64,000 nucleotides of DNA from a virus (lineage: Duplodnaviria; Caudoviricetes). Positions 54,936 to 63,751 of the stretch are shown here, piece by piece (position 1 is the stretch's first letter; the number at the start of each line of letters is the position of its first letter). A program made the position numbers and the translations under genes. The notes below the pieces were generated by a model. That model was not told the DNA's origin, did no database searches, and saw only the letters and a program-made list of their open reading frames with translations. The stretch covers positions 74,503-138,502 of the IMG/VR virus record IMGVR_UViG_3300043821_000026. The stretch is one strand, 5' to 3'.

Positions 54936-55030
54936 ATTTTCACTATTATTTTATGATTAAAAATAATAGAGCCAAATAGAAGTTTTAACCCTCTATTTGG
55001 CTCTATCATTCATAATTGTCCTCTAAACGT

Positions 55031-55064
55031 AAAATAGCCATTCAGGAAAAATCCTGAACGGCTT
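55031..55064 (-). terminator. Hairpin terminator
   Basis: AGCCGTTCAGGA-TTTT-TCCTGAATGGCT-ATTTT; a second 15-bp stem lies at 54966-55006. Confidence 0.65.
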
Positions 55065-55519
55065 TAAAACTCTACTCTTCTGCGAAAACAATCTCTTGGA
55101 GGTTGTTTCCGTAAATGCCAGTTTCTAAGAAGCTAACATTTAAATCAGGAACTTGTAGTTCCTCTAATTCTCTTGCAATTTGTTTTGCAAGATTTGTATC
55201 GTCTTCAATTTTACGATACATTTTTTCAATATTTTTTTGAGAGCATAATTTTTTATCTCTCAATTGTTTTTGTCTTTGGCTTCTGGTTAATCTAACCACA
55301 GATTGAAGCTTATTTGGTTTTTTAGGTTTGCTAAGCTCTGCAATCTTTTCGAGCTTCTTTGTGTTGCGTTTAACTCTGTTATTAGCCAATTTGCATTGGT
55401 GTTTAAGAGATTTAACACGATTATCATATCGTTCAACACAATTGAACCATTTTACACCTCCGTAAACTTTTTCTTGTGGTATTAATATACTAACCATCTA
55501 ATCACTCCTTTTTTTATTT

Positions 55520-55580
55520 GAAGCTTTTTAAGAGCTTCTATAACCCCATTAGGGGTTATAGAAGACCTTATTGGTCTTCT
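55520..55580 (-). repeat. Three-hairpin intergenic element (GAAG/CTTC core)
   Basis: AGAAGACC-AATAA-GGTCTTCT-ATAACCCC-TAAT-GGGGTTAT-AGAAGCTCTT-AAAAAGCTTC. Confidence 0.85.
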
Positions 55581-55874
55581 TTTGCTTCTCTTAAGAACTT
55601 ATCTCTTGTTCTTGCAAGATACCCTAGACAATCTTCATCTAGTAATAATAGATGAGTTATCATATTGTCCATAAAATGCTTATGGGAGCAGTAAAAGCCT
55701 CCATTGGACATAACCCAGTATATTGCTCCGTTTTGGAGCAATATAAAGGCTTCTAGAAGTCCTCTATGGTTTTTACCCTTTTTAAATGTTATTATTTCAT
55801 TAATAACATCATCAATTTCTTCTCCTGCTTCCTGATAGTCTATTTTTGTTATTTTATTCATTTTTTTTACTCCT

Positions 55875-55936
55875 CAAGCTCTTATAGAGCTTGTACAACC
55901 CCATTAGGGGTTGTACAAGACCTATTTGGTCTTGTA
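55875..55936 (-). repeat. Three-hairpin intergenic element (CAAG/CTTG core)
   Basis: TACAAGACC-AAATA-GGTCTTGT-ACAACCCC-TAAT-GGGGTTGT-ACAAGCTCT-ATA-AGAGCTTG. Confidence 0.85.
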
Positions 55937-56054
55937 GTAGCTTCTAAGAGCATTATTTAGCTCTTTTTCACTACATATTAAGTCTTGTTTATCATCTCCT
56001 TTCAAAAAAGAAAGAAAAAGATAAAATAAATTATATACTTTCATAAAATCACTT

Positions 56055-56951
56055 CTATGATAAAAGTTCATATGTGGTTTTATTATGTTTTACGGAACAT
56101 AATAAACAATCTACGCCACATACGACATTTTTTTCACTTTTATAGCTACAAGGACACACTAATGCACCTTTCGGAGCTTTTGAGATGTCTTTTATAGCTA
56201 AAAATCTATTAGTACCTCTTATTTCTACTTTATCAGTAGAAATATTGATAACTAAATACTCACATAATTCCCAAGAGAGCTTTAAATCAGTTCTATGGGT
56301 GTATATGTAAGTATTTATGCCTAATACTTGCAATAATCCAAAAGCGACGCTTTCTGCAAAGCTAATGTCGCTTATACCTCGTACATCTCCGTCTACGCAG
56401 AAACGGAATAAGCTACAAGAGTATTTACTCTTATTACTCATTCCATTGACATACCAAACGAACATAAAGGCGTTTAATATGTCAATCTTTAAGCCCTGTC
56501 TTGTATGACAGTTTTCACCTTTATGACGGGTGTTTTCTGCCTTACAAGAATAGCAGTGGTCTGCGATTTCACAAAGACCAAGTTTCTTGGAGCTACAACG
56601 AGTACTGGACTCAAAATTAGTCCAATACACGGTATTAGCCAATTTTAGATTACCTTTTTTTATGAAGTCTTCTAATAAAAAGTGTTTCATAAAGCTATAT
56701 AATCTAGATTTGCGAACTTTTACGGAAACACCGTCATAATAGCCGAGTATTTCCATAATGACTAGACTTCGTGGTTCTAGCCACTCAACAGGGACATCTC
56801 CTGCCCCTGTTTTGATAAATTCTACTTGTTCATGATTTATAAAATCATGAACAAATATGTTTTTTTTATTTTTTGGAACAATCTTACGATATATCCCAAG
56901 CTCAAAACTTTGTTTTTCCAAAGTTTCTATGTTATATTTGCCCTTAGGCAA
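56055..56951 (-). CDS. Phage Gp88-like Cys-rich protein
   Basis: C......C.....CY..KAE, FRFCVDGD, YIYT, NIS, VCP...C..C..C. Confidence 0.65.
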   Translation of the reverse strand: MPKGKYNIETLEKQSFELGIYRKIVPKNKKNIFVHDFINHEQVEFIKTGAGDVPVEWLEPRSLVIMEILGYYDGVSVKVRKSRLYSFMKHFLLEDFIKKGNLKLANTVYWTNFESSTRCSSKKLGLCEIADHCYSCKAENTRHKGENCHTRQGLKIDILNAFMFVWYVNGMSNKSKYSCSLFRFCVDGDVRGISDISFAESVAFGLLQVLGINTYIYTHRTDLKLSWELCEYLVINISTDKVEIRGTNRFLAIKDISKAPKGALVCPCSYKSEKNVVCGVDCLLCSVKHNKTTYELLS

Positions 56952-56975
56952 AATATCACTTCCTTTTTTTTATTT

Positions 56976-57034
56976 GAAGCTTTTTAAGAGCTTCTACAAC
57001 CCCAAAGGGTTGTAGAAGACCTTATTGGTCTTCT
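56976..57034 (-). repeat. Three-hairpin intergenic element (GAAG/CTTC core)
   Basis: AGAAGACC-AATAA-GGTCTTCT-ACAACCC-TTTG-GGGTTGT-AGAAGCTCTT-AAAAAGCTTC. Confidence 0.85.
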
Positions 57035-57306
57035 ATTTCAATAAGGAAGTCATAAACTTCCTTAATGCTTACTTGCTTAATCACATAATTATCAACAATT
57101 TCGCAATTGTTGTTAATACGGTCAAAAAAGGTCATATCATGTGTTAAAACCATAAATTTTAACACTTTGATATTATTTTGTATAAAAGTGTAATTTGCCT
57201 CATTATTACATAAATTAAGGCAAAATACCCAAGTACTCCAATTGGAGTACCCATTATAGTCTTGGAAATCAACGGGATTTCCATAAATATTTTCATTTCT
57301 TAGCAT
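57022..57306 (-). CDS. Conserved phage-type hypothetical protein
   Basis: YNGYSNWSTW...L...N.E pattern. Confidence 0.6.
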   Translation of the reverse strand: MLRNENIYGNPVDFQDYNGYSNWSTWVFCLNLCNNEANYTFIQNNIKVLKFMVLTHDMTFFDRINNNCEIVDNYVIKQVSIKEVYDFLIEIEDQ

Positions 57307-57316
57307 TTAAATCACC

Positions 57317-57363
57317 AGAGCCTTTTAAAGGCTCGTACAACTCATTCAAGTTGTACCAGACTT
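57317..57363 (-). repeat. Partial copy of the intergenic element (hairpins B and C)
   Basis: GTCTGGTACAACT-TGAATG-AGTTGTAC-GAGCCTTTAAAAGGCTC directly before GGTGAT. Confidence 0.65.
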
Positions 57364-57719
57364 TAAAAATAAAAAAGAAAAAAAGAAAATAAAATTAATT
57401 TTTGTAATCCTTAACCATTTTATTACCTCCTTTTCGGCTTATCTATTCAAAATCATGCTTGGAAGCTAATTCTGCTATTTCTAGCAGATATTCAACTTCC
57501 TCCATAGGTTTAATAACTCCTAATCCTTTAAGGATTAGTCTGCACTCTTTTGAAGTGCGATATGCACTCCATAATGCGTCTATTTTAGTTTTACCTGCTC
57601 CCACTATGTTATCCACATAGTAAGTACCATTGATTTGATTATATGTTATTTCAACCATTTTATTACCTCTGATTTTTTTTTATACAAGCTTAAACTTGTA
57701 CAATATAGTATTTGTTTTA

Positions 57720-57739
57720 ATAGTATATAAAGGTATCGA
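57720..57739 (-). promoter_or_regulatory. Strong BRE-TATA promoter heading the leftward early-type operon
   Basis: TCGATACCTTTATATACTA-N5-AACAAATA, the same consensus as the 54.0-54.2 kb units. Confidence 0.75.
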
Positions 57740-58173
57740 TTATATAAAGTGTATATATGGGCTTTATATAGGCTATATATGGCTATATAGTACTGTATGT
57801 ATGTATATACTACTATATATGTGTTATATTATGTATACTATTATATATGTATGTTATATTGAATATTAATTAATATTATGTAATAAAACAACAAATAAAG
57901 AATAAATATGCAATTAATAGCAAAATAAAGCACATAAATAGTTTATTTTTAAAAAAAAAGCCAAAAAAAATCGCCCCCCCCCGAAAATAAGCACGTAGCA
58001 TCGAGTTTGCGATGGTCGTCATGGGGTTATCTCATGATTTCGTCGATTTTCAAAGTGTCCCATTATTTACGGCGAAAACTAATTCGTACATTAGCGAATA
58101 AGTTGTCCCACTTTTAGTGTCCCAGTTTGAAAAATAAATAAAAAAATTGTATGTACATTATGTACATACAAAA

Positions 58174-58488
58174 TTAATAATATCTTAGAGCATGAAAATT
58201 AGTTTTTTCCAAATATCCTAGCTCTTTTAAACAAAAAATGACTGTTTGTTCGGATATTTGAAGTTTTGTGCTGATAAAATCAATATCATTACCCTCTTGG
58301 AATAAATGATTTACTTGGTCTACCAGTAATTTATGTTTTTTTGTATTTTGCGTCACATTAGGTCTTTCAATCTTATATTGTCGCAAAATTCGAGATAAAG
58401 TCGATTTGGGTGTCCCAGTTTCCATTTCAATCTCCCTTAAACTCATTTCTTCGTCCACATATAGACGTTTAAGTTCATCAATTCGCAA
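58174..58488 (-). CDS. Double helix-turn-helix protein
   Basis: LYVDEEMSLREIEMETGTPKSTLSRILRQYKI; GGTGA RBS plus TTG. Confidence 0.8.
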   Translation of the reverse strand: MRIDELKRLYVDEEMSLREIEMETGTPKSTLSRILRQYKIERPNVTQNTKKHKLLVDQVNHLFQEGNDIDFISTKLQISEQTVIFCLKELGYLEKTNFHALRYY

Positions 58489-58516
58489 ATTATCACCTAT
58501 ATAAATACATTAGCTT

Positions 58517-59557
58517 TTAAACTGTCCCATTAATTAGTTTGTAAATAGTCAAAATATCTTCCCTTGAGAATACACAACTTTCTTTATCACAGCCGCCAAC
58601 TGGGACACTATCTCTAATTCGGAACCAATTATATCCTTTTCCAGTAGTTTTTATCCCAGTTGAGCCAGATTTTCCTTTATCTGGTCCGTAAATTGTGAAA
58701 TTCATAGCTTTTGCTGCAAAAATACTATCAGGTCCCCACATAAACCAAGCTGACCGAACAAATGTTTCACCCAATGGTCTAACCATTAAATTTTCACCTA
58801 ATTCCGTCATTGCCTGTCCCAGTTCTTTGTAATTTGAGCAAATTAGGTAAGGTTGTTCCTTTCCACCTCTCCAAAAAAAGTTTTTTCGTTGATTTAATGC
58901 TTCTGTATAGACAGGAAAGTTGCCCAAACAGACGATATCAACCACTTCATTATCTTCATTTACCACAAAAATACCGAAATCCTTGATTGAAATCTTTAAT
59001 TCAGCCGGCCAATGGGACACTAAAACAGGGAAATCCATACCTGAAATTCGGTTACTAGGTGCTGGAATTACGATATTTTCGTCTTTATCTGGTAAAATTC
59101 GGAAAAAATCACTCTTTTTTGTGAAAATTTGCTCAAAAATAGAGAAAATAGCGTCAGGTTGAAGCTTTAAGCAATCAATTGCACTTACATAATCAAATTT
59201 TAATTTTTTATTATAAGATAGTTGAAAAATCAAGTCTTCAGGTGTAATTTCGCAAAAATTGCCATTTTCTTCCCATTGGTCTATTAAAAATGAGTAATTT
59301 TCAGGAATTTTGCGCTCTAAATAGCATTTTTTGCAAGAAGATTGCATACTGATATCATCAGAAATAGTAAAATCGTCATAAATATCGCCCAATCCAACCA
59401 TTAATAAACAAGCATAAAAATCTGTTACATTGGTTAAATTACCTTTTCCATTTAAAAATTTATTAATTGTTGCTCGAAACATTTTTAAAGTAAAATGACC
59501 TTCGTAAATTGTTGGATTTAAGTCTAAATTACTACCTGTTACAAATTTTTGAAGCAT
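58517..59557 (-). CDS. Hypothetical protein, possibly a degenerate ATP-dependent DNA ligase homolog
   Basis: VDIVCLGNFPVYTEALNQRKNF and LMVRP....F.RSAW resemble ligase motifs IIIa, IV and V; no KxDG. Confidence 0.4.
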   Translation of the reverse strand: MLQKFVTGSNLDLNPTIYEGHFTLKMFRATINKFLNGKGNLTNVTDFYACLLMVGLGDIYDDFTISDDISMQSSCKKCYLERKIPENYSFLIDQWEENGNFCEITPEDLIFQLSYNKKLKFDYVSAIDCLKLQPDAIFSIFEQIFTKKSDFFRILPDKDENIVIPAPSNRISGMDFPVLVSHWPAELKISIKDFGIFVVNEDNEVVDIVCLGNFPVYTEALNQRKNFFWRGGKEQPYLICSNYKELGQAMTELGENLMVRPLGETFVRSAWFMWGPDSIFAAKAMNFTIYGPDKGKSGSTGIKTTGKGYNWFRIRDSVPVGGCDKESCVFSREDILTIYKLINGTV

Positions 59558-59869
59558 TTAATCACTTAATTCTTGTCTTTGAGTTAGTTTATCTTTAAAA
59601 TCATCGCAATTTTTACTATCTATATACATTTGATATAAAGCTTCTTCAATAATATCTTGAACATCATCAAACTCGTATCTTGGTCCCATACCTGCTGAAT
59701 CCATCCAATCATACATATAATCATATCCAAAAACTTCGCTTATGATGACATCTTTATCACCATTTGAAGCTTCATCGCCTCTTTTAAAGTCTTCATAAAT
59801 AGTTTCAGCCCATGAATCATCAATTACTTGAATACATTCCTGCGCAAAAACTTGTTCGTTATCATTCAA
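59558..59869 (-). CDS. Acidic small protein, paralogue of 59880-60185
   Basis: Shared DYMYDWMDSAG(M/L)GP.YE. Confidence 0.75.
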   Translation of the reverse strand: MNDNEQVFAQECIQVIDDSWAETIYEDFKRGDEASNGDKDVIISEVFGYDYMYDWMDSAGMGPRYEFDDVQDIIEEALYQMYIDSKNCDDFKDKLTQRQELSD

Positions 59870-59879
59870 ACTATCACCT

Positions 59880-60185
59880 TTATAAATTTATATAAAATTC
59901 ATCTTTATTTTTACTGTTTCTATAAGCCTTAACTATACTATTATGAACTTCAGTCCCAACAAGTTCATATTGTGGACCCAATCCAGCTGAATCCATCCAG
60001 TCATACATATAGTCAACCTCACCAAGTAAATCTGATAAGTAATCATCATAATCTTCTGGTTTATAAAAACTATCTTTTTTCATTTCTGCATCTTTGGTTT
60101 CGAAATCGTCCCAAATAGCAAATGCCCATCGCTTATCTATTGCACCTAAACAGTAAGCCATAAATTCTTTTTCGTAATCTTCCAT
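59880..60185 (-). CDS. Acidic small protein, paralogue of 59558-59869
   Basis: Shared DYMYDWMDSAG(M/L)GP.YE. Confidence 0.75.
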   Translation of the reverse strand: MEDYEKEFMAYCLGAIDKRWAFAIWDDFETKDAEMKKDSFYKPEDYDDYLSDLLGEVDYMYDWMDSAGLGPQYELVGTEVHNSIVKAYRNSKNKDEFYINL

Positions 60186-60208
60186 TATTACACCTCGACA
60201 AAAATTTT

Positions 60209-60272
60209 TAGGTGTGCCTAAATTTCAACATTTGTTGACATCTTTCGATGGTAGCACCTTTAGACACACCTA
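60209..60272 (-). other. Multibranch RNA structure in a 5' UTR
   Basis: TAGGTGTGTCTAAA/TTTAGGCACACCTA closing stem with CATC-GAAA-GATG and TCAACA/TGTTGA arms. Confidence 0.55.
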
Positions 60273-60431
60273 CTTATTATTTAACAGGTTTAAAATATAG
60301 TGTGCCAAAAGTGACACACATATTAATATTGCATATCATCACTTATAAATGTTATTATTTTATTAAAAAATTCACAACTATAAATAATACTTATTACATA
60401 AATAGTAATATTTAATTCTGGAGTATTTATT

Positions 60432-61964
60432 TTGGTTAGTGAAAGAGATTCTGTAGATTTTTTAAGAAAGTGTTTTAAGGACCCAGTATATTTTGCCGAA
60501 CATATGTTGTTCAATGAAGAAGGAAAATTATATCAGCTAGAAGACCATCAAAAATTGATGCTTCGAGATGAAGATGCTATGAAAGTTTTTTTTCTCGGTC
60601 GTCGTATGGGTAAATCTTTAACTGTTGCTATGTATTCTATTTGGAAATGCTTTTTTAATTCATATTATAAAATTTATATATTATCACCAACTCAACAACA
60701 ATCAAGAGATTTGGCAGATACTGTATCTGATATGATATCTAGGTCATCTTTGGTTTTAGATTTATTAAAAACTGACAATGTTTTTACTAAAGAATTTACA
60801 AATAAGTCTAAAATTGATTTTAGAACAGCTGGTGGTAAAGAAAATACTTCAAGTGTTATTGGTTCTGGTGTAAATTTACTTATTATTGATGAAGCTCAAG
60901 ATGTATCAGACCAACTTTTTGGTAAAATTTTACCAATTGTTCGTGGACAACATGGTCGTTCTGAATTAATTTTAGCAGGAACACCTAGAAGTAAACGAGG
61001 ATTTTTCTTTGAATCTATTTATAACTCAAATAAAATTTATCAAGATGATGAATTAATCGAAAATGATGGTAATGGATTGTTTACGGTATTTAAAAAACCA
61101 ACTGCTTTTATGAATGATGATGACCAAATTACTAAATCTGGAACACCACGTATTACTATAGAAGAATTAAGACAGGATTTAGCTATTATTGATGTTTTAG
61201 AATTTAGACAAGAATATTGTTTAGAATTTTTAGATGATTTAAGTGTTGTATATAGTGATGATTTAATACAAGAAGCTAAACTACTTGATGATGTTGATGG
61301 ATTTTATAGTACTAAGTTATGCGTAGGTGGAATTGATATCGGTAGACAAAGAAATAATTCTGTTTTAATTATTGCCGAAGTTACTCCTCAAAATACTTTA
61401 CAAACAAAATATTATAAAACATTTCCACTAGGAACTAAATATCAAATAATAGCAGATTATTTAATTAAAATATTACCTAAAAAATTTCCGAATTTTCGAA
61501 GATTAATATTTGACGCAACAGGAGTCGGTGTCGCGTTTTCAGAATTAATAGAAGGAAGAACTCCTTATGAATTAGAAGAATTTAAATTTTCTAAAGAAAG
61601 TAAAAAATCATTAGTAGAAGCGTCTGTGCTAGCATTAGAAGAAGGAAATAATGTATTTATTCATAATAAAAAACTTATTAAAGAAATGCAAGGATATAAA
61701 AGAGAAAAAACAGAAAGTGGAAATATTGTTTATCTTAAAACAGTATCAGATGATTTTGTAGACGCTTTTAACTTATGTAATTATAATTTAAATTTTCCAT
61801 TAAATTTTAAAAGAAAACCTTTTGTAATGGATACAGGTTTTAAAATAGGTAGACCTCAAATTAACGGTGATAGTTTATGGCATCCAATAGGAACCAAACA
61901 ACAGAAAAGAAAAGTAGTGAACAGCTCAAAAAGAATACGAACATCCCAAAGAAGACGTATGTAG
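60432..61964 (+). CDS. terL: Terminase large subunit
   Basis: HQ motif, GRRMGKS Walker A, LIIDEA Walker B, AGTP, FRQEY, GIDIG, DATGVG, DDFVDA. Confidence 0.95.
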   Translation: MVSERDSVDFLRKCFKDPVYFAEHMLFNEEGKLYQLEDHQKLMLRDEDAMKVFFLGRRMGKSLTVAMYSIWKCFFNSYYKIYILSPTQQQSRDLADTVSDMISRSSLVLDLLKTDNVFTKEFTNKSKIDFRTAGGKENTSSVIGSGVNLLIIDEAQDVSDQLFGKILPIVRGQHGRSELILAGTPRSKRGFFFESIYNSNKIYQDDELIENDGNGLFTVFKKPTAFMNDDDQITKSGTPRITIEELRQDLAIIDVLEFRQEYCLEFLDDLSVVYSDDLIQEAKLLDDVDGFYSTKLCVGGIDIGRQRNNSVLIIAEVTPQNTLQTKYYKTFPLGTKYQIIADYLIKILPKKFPNFRRLIFDATGVGVAFSELIEGRTPYELEEFKFSKESKKSLVEASVLALEEGNNVFIHNKKLIKEMQGYKREKTESGNIVYLKTVSDDFVDAFNLCNYNLNFPLNFKRKPFVMDTGFKIGRPQINGDSLWHPIGTKQQKRKVVNSSKRIRTSQRRRM

Positions 61965-63274
61965 CAAAATTTGCTAAAGATGTTCAAAGATTGACTCAAG
62001 AAAATTATGACCAAAGTTTTGTATCATATAATGATATATATGGTTCAGAAGACCTTGATTATGATTTAATTGATGGATTATATGAAAGTACAATATTAAA
62101 TAGATTATTAAATAAAATAGCGGCAAACTGTGTCCCAGATATGTATAGTGTACAGATTTTTGATACAGATGGTAATCGTATGGATGATTTAGAGCTATTA
62201 TGTTCACAATATCATGCAAATTTTAGACGCAGTCAGTTAAAAGAAATATTTTTATATATGTTGTTATATGGAACCGTATTTACTTATATTGGAGAAAAAG
62301 AAGAAGATAGACCAGTTAATATCTTTAATATACATCCACAATATATTAAACCAGTAGTTAAAGACGGTACTATTCAATCTTGGACTTATAACGCTGGAAA
62401 AGAAGATGTAGATATCCCAGCAGAAGATATCTTATGTTTTGCTTATGATAGAAAATTAGATACTGTATATGGGCGTTCATTATTAGGCAGTTTAGTTCAA
62501 ACATTACATTTATTATTAAATACTGAATTAAATGTTGCAGAAATTGTTGATAAGTTTGCTATACCCATTATTCATTGGTTAGTCGAATCAGAAGAGGACC
62601 AAGAATTATCAGACCAAGAACTAAATGATATTGTTCAGTCTATTCAAAATCAATATGAATACTCTAATGATGTATTAACCGATGCTAGAATAACTACAGA
62701 CGTTATTGGGTCTGCTGATGGTCAATATAACTTACCAGAAATATTACAAGAATTAAAAGAGTCATTAGGTATATTAAGTGTTCCATTCCAACTTATTGGT
62801 GGTAAGGCTGATAATTTATCCGCTATTAAAGTTCAAGTTGCTCAATATTTATCTGATTTACAAAATTATCAATTAATTGTATCAGATGCTTTAATTGAAC
62901 AATTTTATAAACCGTTTTTAGAAAGTCAAGGTAAAGTACTTGGAGATGATTATCTTAATATTTATCTTGTATTTCCTGTATTAAGTGCCGAAGCAAATTC
63001 AGATGCTGCTTCATGGATATTTCCGGCAATTAAATATGGTTTAATATCTAGAGATGAAGCTAGAGCGCAATTAGGATTTAGAGGTAAATCATTAAGTGTT
63101 GATGATATAGAATTTGTTGACTCATCTTTAAGAGATGTTGTTGAAAGTAATATTAATAAAAATAATGCCACTACCTCACCAGATGCAAAAAGTAATGATA
63201 ATGTTCCTGTAAATAAATCTGGAAAAGGAGATACAAAAGATAAACAAAGTCAGAAAAAACAAGGGGGTTCATAA
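61877..63274 (+). CDS. Portal protein
   Basis: Follows TerL; LLYG, IHP, YGRSLL, VP..LIG, ISRDEARAQLGF. Confidence 0.88.
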   Translation: MASNRNQTTEKKSSEQLKKNTNIPKKTYVAKFAKDVQRLTQENYDQSFVSYNDIYGSEDLDYDLIDGLYESTILNRLLNKIAANCVPDMYSVQIFDTDGNRMDDLELLCSQYHANFRRSQLKEIFLYMLLYGTVFTYIGEKEEDRPVNIFNIHPQYIKPVVKDGTIQSWTYNAGKEDVDIPAEDILCFAYDRKLDTVYGRSLLGSLVQTLHLLLNTELNVAEIVDKFAIPIIHWLVESEEDQELSDQELNDIVQSIQNQYEYSNDVLTDARITTDVIGSADGQYNLPEILQELKESLGILSVPFQLIGGKADNLSAIKVQVAQYLSDLQNYQLIVSDALIEQFYKPFLESQGKVLGDDYLNIYLVFPVLSAEANSDAASWIFPAIKYGLISRDEARAQLGFRGKSLSVDDIEFVDSSLRDVVESNINKNNATTSPDAKSNDNVPVNKSGKGDTKDKQSQKKQGGS

Positions 63275-63409
63275 TGGAAGAAGTAATTACTAATGGGGAA
63301 GTATTTTTATATATATGTGAAGATTGTGGCGAACAGTTATTAACAAACATTGAATTAAATAAATGTTCAAAATGTGGTAGTAAAAATATAACAAAACATA
63401 ATCATAACA
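63274..63409 (+). CDS. Small Zn-ribbon protein
   Basis: YICEDCGEQF...KCSKCGSKNI. Confidence 0.6.
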
Positions 63410-63415
63410 CATGGG

Positions 63416-63661
63416 ATGCTTTACTTGAATAATAAAAAATCAATTAATTCATATAAAAAACTATATAATGTTGCAGAAGAAATATTAGATGATAAAGGAC
63501 AAGCTACGAGTAATGAAATCGCTAATGTTATTATTGATAAATATAAAACGAATAATTTAAACGTAAATGGTCGTAGTATTACTTATCACTTAAAACAAAG
63601 AGGATATCCAAAAACACGTAAATATAGATGCGGAGGATATACCTTTTATAAAAAACCATAA
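63416..63661 (+). CDS. Small winged-helix-like protein
   Basis: ATSNEIANVI...GRSITYHLK. Confidence 0.5.
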   Translation: MLYLNNKKSINSYKKLYNVAEEILDDKGQATSNEIANVIIDKYKTNNLNVNGRSITYHLKQRGYPKTRKYRCGGYTFYKKP

Positions 63662-63751
63662 TTTTATTTTTTTCTATTTTTTTAAAAAAATTCATTTCTT
63701 TATATACCCTAAAATTCTTATCTATTTTTATATCATTGTGAAGGTGACATA

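Noticed and set aside
51562-57363. Three-hairpin elements as ordinary terminators
   Set aside because: On the coding strand they are followed by A-rich sequence and an RBS rather than U tracts, and four-way covariation is not needed for a terminator.
20000-58000. Stop-codon reassignment explaining the many short ORFs
   Set aside because: Long genes are intact in the standard code, the short ORFs have their own RBS and start codon, and there is no suppressor tRNA.
495-63171. Short ORFs antisense to well-supported genes (e.g. 495, 1781, 2513, 4317, 5872, 7911, 28620, 33835, 34219, 41476, 50042, 56317, 61974, 62962)
   Set aside because: Shadow frames of AT-rich genes with no RBS or recognisable motifs.
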